This document shows, one piece after another, positions 1 to 12,860 of a stretch of DNA of 64,000 nucleotides. The notes below the pieces were generated by a model. The model was not told where the DNA came from. It searched no databases and worked only from the letters and a program-made list of their open reading frames with translations. Numbering within the stretch: the stretch's first letter is position 1; each line of letters starts with the position of its first letter. The translations under genes were made by a program, and so were the position numbers. The stretch is from Malacoraja senta (Eukaryota), in contig CM075989.1 in the NCBI GenBank assembly GCA_038087875.1, positions 24,492,001 through 24,556,000 of the forward strand, written 5' to 3'.

Positions 1-2875
1 AACGCAATGTTAGGGTGTGATGATATTGAGGTGAATGCTCTGTACCAAATTATCCATAATACAGTAGACAGGCTTTTTGAATCATTGAGTTTTTGCTCAA
101 CAAAACTTTTTTTCAGAATGCAATCCATTAGTAAATCAAGGAATACCTGTATCTACTAGAGAAAGAAATGTGCCACCTCTGTCTCTTCTACCTATATTTG
201 ACCACATGCCTACAACATTGTGGTTCACTCTTAATTGTCTTCTCAAATGGTGCAGCAAGCCATTGGGGATGGGTGGTATGACACTCATGAATCTGTGTTT
301 AAACTATAAACTGTTTGCATAAAGACTTTATGTAAATAATATTTGATGGCCATAGAATCATAAAGTCACACAGTGTGGAAATAGGCCCTTCGGCCCAACT
401 TGCCCGTGCAGATCGAGATGCCCCATCAACGCTAGTCCCACCTGCCTGCATTTGGCCCATATCCCTCTAAAGAAGGATCTCGACCCGAAACGTCACCCAT
501 TTCTTTTCTCCAGCGATGCTGAGTTACTCCCGCTGAGTTACTCCAGCTTTTTGTGTCAATCTTCGGTTTAAACCAGCATCTGCAGTTTCTTCTTACATAT
601 TCCCTCTAGACCTTTCCTGTCCATGTACCTGTCCAAATGTTTTTTTAAATATTGTATAGATGGGGTGGTGATGTTAACTAATGGTGATGAAAGCATTGAT
701 TTAAATGTGCTGTTTTATATACAGTTGATTTTTTTATTCATAAAGTATATATTGAAATTAGTAAAGCACTGGGCGGTTCATAACGACTTGGCCATTATGC
801 CTACATCTTGTGAACAAAGGCAAAAAGCTGTTTTAGTTTCAGGTTAGCATTCAAAACAGAATGCTCTGCAAAGAGCAGGTCAGGCAGCAGCATGTAGAGC
901 AAAACAGACTTGATATTTAAGGTTAATGATCTATTGACGAGTCCAACCCTTTATCTGTCCACGAGTGCTGTCTAAGCTGCTGAATGTACCCAGCAATTTC
1001 TGTTTTCATGTCCATAGATTTCCAGAATTCGCATAATTTTCTTTATCTCTCCAAATTAGATTAACGTATTGTGTTAAGACTGTAAATTCAATGGTATAAA
1101 TTTAGATATTTGTTCCTTTTGAAACTTTTGATCATCCTGTTTTGGCTGTTGATTTACTTTCCATGTAAAGTTATTTGAGGTAACTTACTATTTAATGGAG
1201 ACTGCACATCGTTTTCCAACATAAAACAAATATTGTTTAACTGGCGCAGCTGAACTCTCTGGTGGCCCTGGACTTCCTATGTGTTGACCTAGCCTGTTGT
1301 CAAGCTTTTCTGCTTTGTTGAACTCCATGTTTGGCCTACTCCCAGTATTTGTTGTCTAGTATGTGCTAAAGTACCTTGTTGACATGAACATTACACATTT
1401 TCACCAAACATGTAAGCCGGTTTAGAAGGAATTAGTTTTCCTAATGAGTTGTGTTGTTTTAACAAACGCTGAATACAGATTTGACACAAGGAACTGCAGA
1501 TGCAGGTTTACAAAAGAAGACGCAAAATGCTGGAGTAGCTCAGCGGGTCAGCGGCATCTCTGGAGAACAGGGATAGGTGACGTTTCAGGTCGGGACCCTT
1601 CTTCAGTCTAAAGAAGAGTCCCGACTGGACAGATCACCTATCCCATGTTCTCTAGAGAGGCTGCCTGACCCGCTGAATTACTCCAGCACTTGACTGAATA
1701 AAGATTTTTTTTGTGAAATATAAATGCCTTATACTGTCATTTTAACATGTAGTGAAATATAATACAATCCTGATATTCCTATAAGAATAATAGTATTATG
1801 ATAAGAGGGGATTTCAACTCCCCTGTATTAATCAACATTGTTTTCGTGTGAAAGGCTTAATGGGAGAGAAAGGTTTTGTGTATCCAAAACAGTTTTTTCA
1901 AGTCCCAATAGAGTCAGGGTGGTACTGGACAATCCTAGTAGCTGGAGAAGCAGTGGGATAGCTTTGTAGAGATATTGACTACATTTCAAGGCAGTTATGA
2001 ATAGGAATTAAGGGTGGACTGGAAACTGAAGCCGAAATTGGGGGAAGCCCAACTTCAATATTATAACACAGGTCTAACAGGAGTGTAGAAAGTATAGATT
2101 ATGATTATTATAGAAGGGTACAGAGATGCTACCTGTCCCGCTGAGTTACTCCAGCTTTTTGTGTCTATCTGGATTAACTAGGTTTGTTGTTCTCAGAACA
2201 GAGCAGGTTGAGGGGGGACCTGATTAAGTTGAAACAAATAATGTAGGGCATAGAAAGAGTAGCTATGAAGAAACGTTTCTCTGTAGCAGAGATGCCCGGT
2301 GCTTGATGGTCTATGTTTAGGGGAAGGGACTGGAGATTTGGAGAGAATCCAAAGAACTCTTTCACCTGAGGATAGTTAGATTCTGGATCGCATGACAAGG
2401 GGTTGATGGAGACGGAGATTTGCATGATATTTGCAAAGTATTTTCAGAAGTATTTGAATATTCATAGGGAAAAGGGGCTGCGAGTACTCGCTGGTTAGAT
2501 CGGACACAATGGATCGAAGCATCTGATCCTATGCTTTATATGCACTAAATGTTATTCCCTTATCATGTACCTATGCACCGTAAATGGCACGACTGTAATC
2601 ATGTATTGTCTTTCCGCTGACTGGTTAGCACGCAACAAAAGCTTTTCACTGAACCTCTTCTTCAGACTTAAGAAGGGTTTCGACCCGAAACGTTGCCTAT
2701 TCCTTCGCTTCCATAGATGCTGCCTCACCGCTGAGTTTCTCCAGCATTTTTGTCTACCTTCAATAAATTAATATCAATACTAGTGCAAAAACCCGAAGTC
2801 CATAGTAGTTACTTAATAAAAGACATTAGATGAATTCTTATGTAAATGATTGCTTTCTCTGTGCTTATTTTGAAG

Positions 2876-3019
2876 GCCCTTGACTCAGGAGAAATAGGTC
2901 AGAGACGGGAGCAGGCCAGGGAGAGACTTGCCGAGAAACTTGCCAATCAGGGAAAGCAGATGGGAGAAAACTCAGAGATCCCTGCAGCCAATGCAAGCAC
3001 GAGAGATGAGGTCTCATTG
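2876..3019 (+). CDS. EFL1: EFL1 internal coding exon (R|PLTQ[E]EIGQRREQARERLAEKLANQG...), with an apparent 1-nt deletion near 2889; donor position uncertain
   Basis: A pyrimidine tract and AG precede 2876. The translation matches vertebrate EFL1 '[23 protein letters not shown]' as I recall it, if one base is added at ~2890. Candidate GT donors are at 3011 and 3020. Confidence 0.85.
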
Positions 3020-5781
3020 GTGTTTAAGCTGTTAAAAGATCATTGTTTTCTCATGATGTGAAATTTTAATAACAGACTTTGGTGATTTTTTGGGGGTTTC
3101 TTTTGCCTCGTGAAAATCGTGCAAAGAGGGGTGTTGGTTGATTAGGTTAGGGTTGGGGTCAGAACATAGTTGTTAGCATTTTAAATATGTTTATAATCAC
3201 GTAGATGCCTGCCAAGTTGTGCACACTATCAAAGGAAATTGAGTTTTATGATGAATAGGATATTTTAATATTTCTTTATGACAGATTGCAAGGCCATTTG
3301 TTCCATTGGATCTGTGTCCGCTGTCAGAGCGACCCCATTTGCCCATTACCCCTCTAACCTCTTCTCTCATATACCTGCAACCCTCGGATAATTCTTCAAT
3401 CAGACAACTACTCGAGGGGTAATGCACAGTAGCCAATTAACTATGGTCCAATACTTATTTTTGATGTGGGATGAAACCAGGGCACCCAGTGGAAACCCAC
3501 ATGGTCAAAAATAAAACGTGCTGGATTGTGGTAAAAATCTATCTTGTTCGCTGATGCTTTTAAGTGGAAGGTAGACAAAAATGCTGGAGAAACTGGAGGC
3601 AGCATCTATGGAGAGAAGGAATAGGCGACGTGTCGGGTTCGAGACCCTTCTTCAGACCTGACTCGAAACGTTGCCTATTCCTTCTGTCCATAAATGCAGC
3701 TTCACCCGCTGAGTTTCTCCAGCATTTTTGTCTACCTTCGATTTTTCCAGCATCTGCAGTTCTTTCTAAACATTTAAATGAAAGGGTCCTGCTTGCTGCT
3801 CATCTCAGTTTGCTTACAGGTTACCCTATATGTTGTGTTATTGGGCAAGTGTGTGAACAGGACATGGGGAACTAAGTGGGGCAAGGGCTGATGAGGACCG
3901 CTTTGACAATTGACATAAACCACAGAACTGTTTTAATGTTTCCATTTGGCCGTCTGCCAGTTGTCCCTTGATCTCTGCTTTGTTACACTAGCACTTTGCT
4001 ACTCAACCCAATGACCATGTATTGATTGCGTGATTATTTAATTATCTTGAATTGCCTCGTGTGCTCTTCCCCATATTTACAGCTTTGACATTTTTGTGCT
4101 TTATTTTGATTTCAGTTTGGGGCAAGATGTTTTTTTTAGTGTTGGTTTTCAGCAGAATAGGTAATTTCAACAATTAAAAGACTTATGTCAAGAGTTACAT
4201 CACCTTTCAGTCTCTACATATGCCAATATGTAGATCGTTTAAAACATGTTTCCCGTGCTGAAGACAGATATTTGCATCCCTGCACTCTATTCCTCCCACT
4301 ATCATTCTTGTCACAGAAATAAAAATAAAGTTTCAGTTGGTTAATCAGGCATCATAGGGCTTTTATATCAATAGTAACAGCACTTTGGTTTATTATTGTT
4401 TGCCATGCAAAACACTGCAAATAATTTTCAAAAATTGCTGGCAAAGTGGCAGCATTCTTGTTGCGAGTTTTATTGCGAACCATCTGACAAAGGGGTTTTC
4501 TTTGCTTGAGTCAGTGTTCACGTCACTCTCTCTCCACTCTTTTTGCCACCATTACACAACAGACCTACACATCACAAAGGGACTTGGTCATCACTTCATA
4601 TTTGCCTTTGGGGAGGTCTTTGTGGTATTCTGAAAGGGAACACTTACTGCAAGGATGTCATTTATCATCCGACTATTCGGGCAATTTTTTTTTCTTTCGT
4701 TAAAACAAAAGAATTCAAGCCCAAAATATATTCAATGTACATTTAGCTTTTGAGAGCTGAATTATTCACACAGTTCAATTTGTAGGTTCAATCTGAAGAA
4801 GGGTCTCGACCCAAAACCTCACCCATTGTGTTCTCCAGAGATTCTGCCTGTCCCACTGAGTTACTCCAGCTTTTTGTGTCTATCTTCAATTTGAAGGTTA
4901 CTGCTGAATGATTGGGATGTCGCAGCCTGTTGTTAAAAATAAATCATGCATTGCTTCCATATTTAATAAGAAACTTGCATTTATATTGTGTCTCTTGTTC
5001 CCTTTGCAGAAAGTTGCAAAGCATATTAGCTGAAGTGTAGGCATTATTGTAATCTGTAAAAATAGAACAATATTCATTAGGGAACAGACAATTGATCCTG
5101 AATTTCATCCATTGACGACCAATAAAAGCTGTAATAGTTTATGTAATTATCTGCAGTTTACACGCTAACCTGCAAAACCTTAGACTACTTTTCTTTATAA
5201 CATTGTCTCTAAAATTGAATGGAGTACTGTTTGCAAAATAATACTTTATATCTGATAATAAGTTTCTGTAAAGTTGGAACAAGAGCTCCAAGAGGTTGGA
5301 ATCATGTCTAGTCTTTCACTGACTACCTTGGTACGCGACAATAAAGTAAACTGAACTAAGCTAAGAGGAGGAATTAACTTTGTTAAACTGCTGGTGATTG
5401 AGTTCACTTATGTTTGGTACAACAGTGCTTGCAATGCTAGTGTTGAGCAACGGTATACAAAATTAAATGGTAAGTGATCATCAAAATATGCAGTACTGGG
5501 TTACTTTTAACATTCTTTTACTTTATTCGTTATTTTTGTTTAGCCAGTCTATTGGAAAGACTTATCTTAGGCATATCATATAATGTGGTATAATTAATGT
5601 GTAAATCTGTCTCATTTGAAAAATCACTGAAGCAATATATTTGTCGTGATAATCAATCGTCGTTACATTTTAGAATGTTTGTCCCCCCCCCCCAATTTAT
5701 ATTTCATAATGTTTACATTTATTATTATCGTAGGACAGGGATTTACATAACCGTACATCTTCATTTTTCATTCCTCTGAAG

Positions 5782-5953
5782 GTGACCAGGTACCAAGTCA
5801 GATGGAGCAGGCAGCTATGAATGCTTCCCAACAGGAAAGTGAACAGAGAGACCACTTCATTGCATTTGCCAGGGTTTATAGTGGAACAGTCCGCAGAGGA
5901 CAGAAATTGTTTGTGCTGAGCCCAAAATATATCCTTCGGAGGCTTTAGCCAAG
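5782..5953 (+). CDS. EFL1: EFL1 internal coding exon (G|DQVPSQ...[27 protein letters not shown][x]PSEALAK), with an apparent 1-nt deletion at ~5931
   Basis: Acceptor ttcctctgaag| and donor AAG|gtgcgt. [10 protein letters not shown]...VLxPKY is the EF-2/EFL1 domain II motif. Confidence 0.92.
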
Positions 5954-8437
5954 GTGCGTAATATGCTTGCTTTTCCATACTGGAGGATTGGCTCCCTGAT
6001 ATCCAAATGTTCTGTTTAAAGTGATTCAGAATGGATGCTGTGTTGGTGTAGTGCCTCTCAGTAATTTTTAATGTTTGAAACAGGATTGAGTTACCCTTTA
6101 TTGTAAAGTGCAGCAGGAGAGGATTAAAGGAGGAAAATCTTGATGCACAAAAGTACGATGAGGGCAAAAGCCCTCACAATATCGAAAAATGCTTCATGAG
6201 TGAGTGCCTGCAGGTTAATGGGCCTATTGATAGAGTCGTGGTTAAGGTTAATCTATTGACTTAGACTGGCCACGGATATGATGGGCTAAATGGCCTCCTC
6301 CATTGATTTTGAATCCTTGTGAAGCTTTCTAAGTGCAATGCATCACCTATTAGTTATTGTATCAATCCACATAAGCATGCCATGATAGCTCTATTAAATG
6401 TTGTTCTTGTAGAAATGGAGAAAAAAAATCTAAAACCACAAAACCCTTTCATTTTAGAAATTGCAATATGTTTTTCTTGAGATGCTCCATGTGCTTTCAT
6501 TAATGAATGTGCCAGATGTTTGAGGTTATGTTATAAGAAGCCAAACTTAAGGCTTTTTAATGTCATCTTAACATCTCAAAGTATTCTCTTCTCTAAACCT
6601 GCTCCAGTGTGTGGAAGTCTGTGAGGCACACAAGGAATTGGTCTGGGTACTCTGGCCTATTAGTGGATGATCAGTGGAATAGGGTGAAGGGACAGTTGGC
6701 CTTGTGTTCTTATGTTTCTTGTGCTCCTATGTTCTGGTAAGATACAACATATTCAGCAGAATAAACAAGGATTTATACATTGTCGAAACAGGCCCTTCAG
6801 ACCAATTTGCCCATGCCAACCAAGGTCTCTACCTGAACTAATCCCATTTGCCTGCATTTGGCCCATTTCCCACTAAATCTTTCCATGTGCTGTCCAAATG
6901 TCTTTTAGACGTTGTAATTGTAACATATCTTCAGGCAGGTGAGGCATATTATTAATTATATTATTGAACATGCATCTCGTTGCACAAGATTTTGTCCCAA
7001 ATACTTCTGCAAGTCGTTCCATAACTAAATTTATAATGCACGGATTTTTTCTAAAACGTACATTTCTGAAAACACAACTTTTGTTTCTCTATAAATAACA
7101 GTTAAAAGTGCACTTCCATTTGCTTCATGAGACATTTCTCATTTCGCTGCCACAATATCGACATGGAACAAAACAAATAATTCATGTAAGTAGTCGACCA
7201 TAAGACCAAACACAACAGCAATAGTCGTCTGTCAGTCAGATCAAGGCTGACAAAAATGCTGGAGAAACTCAGCGGGTGAGGCAGCATCTATGGAGCGAAG
7301 GAATATGTGATGTTTCGGTCATAGAAACATAGAAAATAGGTGCAGGAGGGGGCCATTCAGCCCTTCGAGCGAGCACCGCCATTCATTGTGATCATGGCTG
7401 ATCGTCCCCAATTAATAACCCGTGTCTGCCTTCTCCCCATATCCCTTGATACCACTAGCCCCTAGATCTTTATCTAACTCTCTCTTAAATCCATCCAGTG
7501 ATTTGCCTCCACTGCCCTCCGTGGCAGGGAATTCCACAAGTTCACAACTCTCTGGGTGAAAAACCTTTTTCTCACCTCAGTCTTAAATGGCCTCCCCTTT
7601 ATTCAGACTGAAGAAGGGTCTCGACCCGAAACGTCACCTATTCCTTCGCTCCATAGATGCTGCCTCAACCCGCTGAGTTTCTCCAGCATTTTTGTCTACC
7701 TTAGATTTTTCCAGCATCTGCAGTTCTTTCTTAAACAGTCATATCAAGGCTAATCATTTACCTCAGTAAAACCATACATGAACAACCCATTCTGAAGATA
7801 GACACAAAATGTTGGAGTAACTCAGCAGGACAGGCTTAAGAAGGGTCTCAACCTGAAACGCCACCAATTCCTTCTCAGCCTGTCCCGCTGAGTTACTCCA
7901 GCATTTTGTGTCTATCTTCGTTTTAAACCAGTATCTGCATTTTGCTTCCTATACAAACAACCATTCCTCATGAATTCCTAAATATTCAAAATTCTATGAA
8001 CCTCTGCCTGAAAGTATTCAGCGCCTGAACTTTCCACAGCCCTATTCACACTTCCCTATTCTCCTGGTGAGGGGAATTTGTTCTTGTCTCTGTAACAGCA
8101 GAATTTTAGCTAAAGCTACTACTCTTGGATTTGGTCATCGCAGGGTTCCTCTATGAGCAGGCATTGAAGATGGGCCGAATGGTGGCCTCCTGTGTTGGCA
8201 GAGTAGACTCGATGGGCAGAGTGGCCTAATTCTGCTCCTATATCTTGTGTTGCAAAAAATATAGAATTAATATATGTTATTTGACAGCTGTAAGATTATG
8301 TAATGTGATTTCATTAACACAGTATGAATTTATATTTATCATTTATCAATAGATGTATTTTATCCCGAATGTATGCAATGGTCTGCTTTACAGAAGGTGG
8401 ATTGCTCATTTGTGTTCATTGATATTTTTCTGTTCAG

Positions 8438-8570
8438 TTGCCTGAAAATTATTCGCCTGATGATGACCTATTGATTCCACACCTGAGTTCTTGTACGGTG
8501 CAGGACTTGTATCTGCTAATGGGTAAAGAATTGGAAGATGTACAAGAAGTACCTGTTGGCAATGTGCTAG
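8438..8570 (+). CDS. EFL1: EFL1 internal coding exon (LPENY...VQDLYLLMGKELEDVQEVPVGNVL|G)
   Basis: Acceptor ttctgttcag| and donor G|gtaaga. Contains the LYLLMG.ELE...EVP.GNV motif. 133 nt, and the phase is compatible with the next exon. Confidence 0.96.
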
Positions 8571-10327
8571 GTAAGATTTTATTATTAAGTATCTGCTGTG
8601 ATATTGTTTTTTTACAGGATTTGCAAAAGGATGGCAAACTTTTTCCTTATATAATTTCAGTCTAGGTTTGTCATAAGTTGTAGGAGAAGAATTCGGCCAT
8701 TCGGCCCATCATGTCTACTCCACCATTAAACCCCATTCTTTCCCTCTCAACCCCATTCTCCTGTAGTCTTCCCTAACCCCTAACGCCCTCATTAATCTAG
8801 AATCTATCAATCTCCACCTTAAAAATATCCATTGACTTGGTCACCACAGCCGCCTGTGGCAATGAATTCCACAGATTCACCATCCTCTGACTCAAGACAT
8901 TCCTCCTCATCTCTTTTCTAAAGGTACATGGCCTCTGGTCCTAGACTCTCCCACTGGTGGAAATGTCCTCTCCACATCCACTCTATATGCAGGCCTTTGT
9001 TTCCAGAGTGTGGACCTTGCCCCCACGAAATAAAAACTTAAATGCTGTAGATATGGGAAAACTGCAATAAGAGTGTAAGTCATCAGTGGTATATAGCAGG
9101 TCAGACAGCAACTGTGTTGAGTTAAGTAGACCAAGCAACAGTCAATGGGCACTCGGAAACAAAGGTACATTTGATGTTTGAGAGATTGAGTCCCGCACTT
9201 GCACCTGTTCCACTTGGCTAAACACCAGTGGCTCTGTTACAACTGCTAGCATTGTCAAGGAGTTCCAGCCCAACCTCTAACACGATAGAGAAATCTTGGA
9301 CAGTAGAGCATTTGTTCTGGGGTGGAACCTGAACACAACATTTTTGACTCGGGGCAAGACCCTCGGCTGACACAAGGAACCAAACAGAATTCCGGTTGAG
9401 TTAAGCAACTGAGTCTTTCCCTACACCACTGGAGGATTTTCCAATTACGAAAAAACACTTGCATTTGTTTAAACCAAGTCCATTTTTTTCAATAACTTCA
9501 TGATTTCTTGACTGTTTCTTTCATGTACTACCAAAAGCAACAGACAAGTTACTTTATAACACTAGAAACACGACATAATCACAAAAATGCTACAGTCAGG
9601 GCTCTTCCAATAATAAAGTGCTATCCTACAAGTTTAAACAGTTGGTCTGTAAGGCGATCATGCGAATGTTTCACAAAGAAAAGTGCAGCCAAGGAAGACA
9701 AGAGACATTTATTGTCACATGCACCAATTGGTACCGTGAAATTTGTGGTCACCATACAGCCATACGAATGCCTGGATGTTTATGGTCCCTCCATAGATCA
9801 TGGGGGACCCCTTCCACCCCAGCAACAGACTGTTCCAGCTGCTATGGTCAGGCAAACGCCTCCGTTGCCATGCTGTGAAAACAGAGGAAGGGAAGGAGTT
9901 TCTTCCCAGAGGCCATTAGGACTGTAAACTCCTATCTCACCAGGGACTAACTTACTGTACCAATTTACTGTTGTGTGGTGTCTTTTTAAATAGCTGTTTC
10001 TTCCTTCTTTTTTTCTCCCACAAATATGTAATTCCATTCTGTTTTGTAGTCTTTTTGCACAATCCGCAAGCATTGCCACCTTTCATTTCACTACACATCT
10101 CGTATGCGTATGTGACAAATAGACTTGACGACCTCAGAGAATACCTTCTCTGCCTGGTCCCAGGGATAAACAGGTTTTTCTGGATTTTGCATCCTGGAAT
10201 CAGAACTCCTTATTCAATTAAAAAGGTTCACACTGCATATGTCTGAATATAAAGGCAAGCTACAATTGATTGTTTTCTTCAAAGTGCCTGTAATTTAAAA
10301 GTTCAGTAACATTAAATTTGTCTCTTA

Positions 10328-10553
10328 AGGGCCTGTCCCACTTGGCCATTTTTTCGGCGACTGCCAGTGTCATATCAATGTCGCCAAAAGATTTTGAACA
10401 TTTCAAAATCCAGCGGCAACAAAAAAAATGTTGCGACACTTGAAAGCGTCACACGTCATCACGCCGCGTGACAACGCAACATTTTCGGTGACCTGATACG
10501 TCAGTCAATGATGCCGGCAGTCGCTGAAAAAATCGCCAAGTGGGACAGGCCCT
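10328..10553. mobile_element. PIF/Harbinger-type MITE
   Basis: TIRs agggcctgtcccacttggc / gccaagtgggacaggccct, with a TTA duplication on both sides. Confidence 0.85.
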
Positions 10554-11225
10554 TTACTCCTTATTCCACAGTTCAAATGTCTTGCACTTTGATGTTTATA
10601 TTCTGTATTATTGGCCATTCAAATCTTTTCCTGGTTCTCTTGGAGGAGATTGTTTCACCTCCGCAACTTAGTCTTATATTTGATGAGATTAATTTTACTT
10701 TTATTTTTAATATCATAATCCAGATTGAAATGCCAATTCTTGGTGTCTTCCATTCAGTACAACTGTCCAATTCAGTGTCATGACAGATAAAAAGCTGTCG
10801 CTGTTTCTTGCTTTTGGTGGCTAGTTTGTTTACCTTGATTGGGTTCTGATTCGATATATTTGAAAGTGACGTATTTTTCTAATTCTATTGACGCACAAAA
10901 CGCAGAGAACATTGGTTGACACCAATGTTAATAGAACTCAGAAACAAATAACACAATAACAAAGTCTGAAGCAGAAAGAGAATGCTAGAAATATCCCACA
11001 GGTCATCAGCATCTTTGGAGGGTGAATTTGAATTAATATTTGAGGTCAATATTAATGCCTGACTTGATTATTTACAGTATATTCTAATTTAATTTCAAAA
11101 GCAGATAAGTACATGGGCTGGACTACACATTTCTCTGGTCTCCGTCTCATAAAAAGGATATATTAATTTTACTGGAAGTGCCTAAAGATTTACAAGCATG
11201 ATAACCAGAGCTCCCATGATAACAT

Positions 11226-11529
11226 GGGTGGCAGAGTGCACAGCGGTAAAGTTGCTGCCTTACAGCGCCAGAGATCCGGGTTCAATCCTGACTACGGGTG
11301 TGGTCTGTATGGAGTTTGTACGTTCTCCCCGTGACCTGCGTGAGTTTCTCTGAGATCTTTGGTTTCCTCCCACACTCCAAAGACATACAGGTTTGTAGGC
11401 TAATTGGCTTGGTATAATTGTAAATTATCCCTGGTGTGTGTAGGATAGTGTTAGTGTGCGGGGATCGCGCGGATTCATTGGGCCAAAGGGACTGTTTCCG
11501 CGCTGTATCTCTAAACTAAACTAAACTAA
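11226..11529 (+). mobile_element. tRNA-derived V-SINE (HE1-like); other copies at ~23478-23806, 25858-26147, 48428-48712, 53183-53400, 56098-56416 (-) and 45815-46007, 51755-52035, 52369-52590 (+)
   Basis: tRNA-like head with B box gggttcaatcc, central ggagtttgtacgttctccccgtg...ggtttcctcccaca domain, and (CTAAA)n tail. Confidence 0.85.
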
Positions 11530-12027
11530 GCTGAGAAGTTCCAACCATCAGGAAAGATTAAATAAAGTAGAGCTGTTTCGTGAAAATGATAGTTTATAAA
11601 GTAACCAGATGAGTTAATTTGGGTGGTGGTAGGGACTTCATCTGCAGTTAAGTCTAAAACTGAGGATATATAAATATGAAAGATTCACTGATAAATCCAT
11701 TGGGAACTCGGGAGATACTCCTTAATTTAGAATCAGGAACCTACTACCTCGTATGGTAATTAGGGGAAATAACAGAGATATGTGTATATATGGAATCCTG
11801 ATAAATAAATATTGAAAAAGAATGACAGAATATGTTGATGTCACGTAAAGTAAGGTTGAAGGATGCTTATGGTATAAAGAGGTCGCATCCTCTATTATTT
11901 TTACTGTCATTTCTGTGTAATCAATAAAGTGTTTTTGGTGATGCTGACACTGTATTATCAGCCAGTTTGCCAGCTCTGGTGGACATTTTCCCATTGCAGT
12001 ATTGGAAGTACAGTATTTATGTTCTTT

Positions 12028-12860
12028 TATTATTGTCATGTGTATTCAGATACAGTGAAAAGCTTTTGTTGTGTGCTAACAAGTGGAAAAACCTTGTTTT
12101 GTATTCTATTGAAGCAAATCATAGCATACATGAGCACACCAGGTAATGGAAAAGAAACAGAGTCCAGAATATTGTGGTACAGCTACAGAGAAAGTGCAGA
12201 TATAAAAAAGTGCAAGAGTGCCCTGAGGGTGATTGGAAGATCCAAAATTTATTGTTTGCATTTGACAGGTCCTTTCAAGAGTCTAATAACAGTGGGGAAG
12301 AAACTGTTCTTGAGACAGAGAGTGCTTTCATGTTTTTGTATCTTCTGGCCGACAGGGGAAGGGGGAAGATGGAATGACCAGGGTGAAATTGGTCCTTGAT
12401 TATGCTGGCTGCTTTCCCAGAGCAATGTGAAGTGTAGATTGAGGCCATGGAGGGGGAAGGGGGCAAGGACTGGGACGCACTGGTCTGCGTTCACAACTTT
12501 CTGCAATTTCTTGCAGTCTTGAGCAGAGCAATTATCAAACCAAGTTGTGATGCATCCAGATAGGATGGTTTCTGTGGTGCATCTGTAGAAATTGGTATGA
12601 GTTGTTGGAGCCATGCTGAAATTCCTTGGTCATATGAGGTAGTCGAGGTGTTTGTGTGCTGTCTTGGCCACAGCATCAGTGTGTTTGGACCAGAGCAAAC
12701 GATTGGATATTGACAGCAAGGAACTTGAAGCTCCTGACCTCTTCAGCACCATTCACACAGACTGGGCATCTCCACTCCTCTTCCTGAAGTTTGATGATCA
12801 GCTCCCTTGTTTTGCTGACATTGAGGGAGAGGCTATTGTCTTGACGCAGGTGATCACTCC
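12028..12860 (-). mobile_element. Rex1/Babar-like LINE 3' fragment, decayed
   Basis: Motifs NSLSLNVSKTRELII, FKFL and NFYRCTTETILSGCITTWF..CSAQDCKKLQKVV. Confidence 0.75.

Noticed and set aside
2885..5950. Programmed frameshifting or G-insertion RNA editing as the cause of the EFL1 indels
   Set aside because: No slippery site or stimulatory structure, no precedent I know of for insertional editing in vertebrate nuclear mRNA, and neighbouring repeats show similar indels. Assembly error is more parsimonious.
11226..11300. tRNA gene
   Set aside because: The tRNA-like head continues into a SINE body and tail, and no complete cloverleaf is evident.
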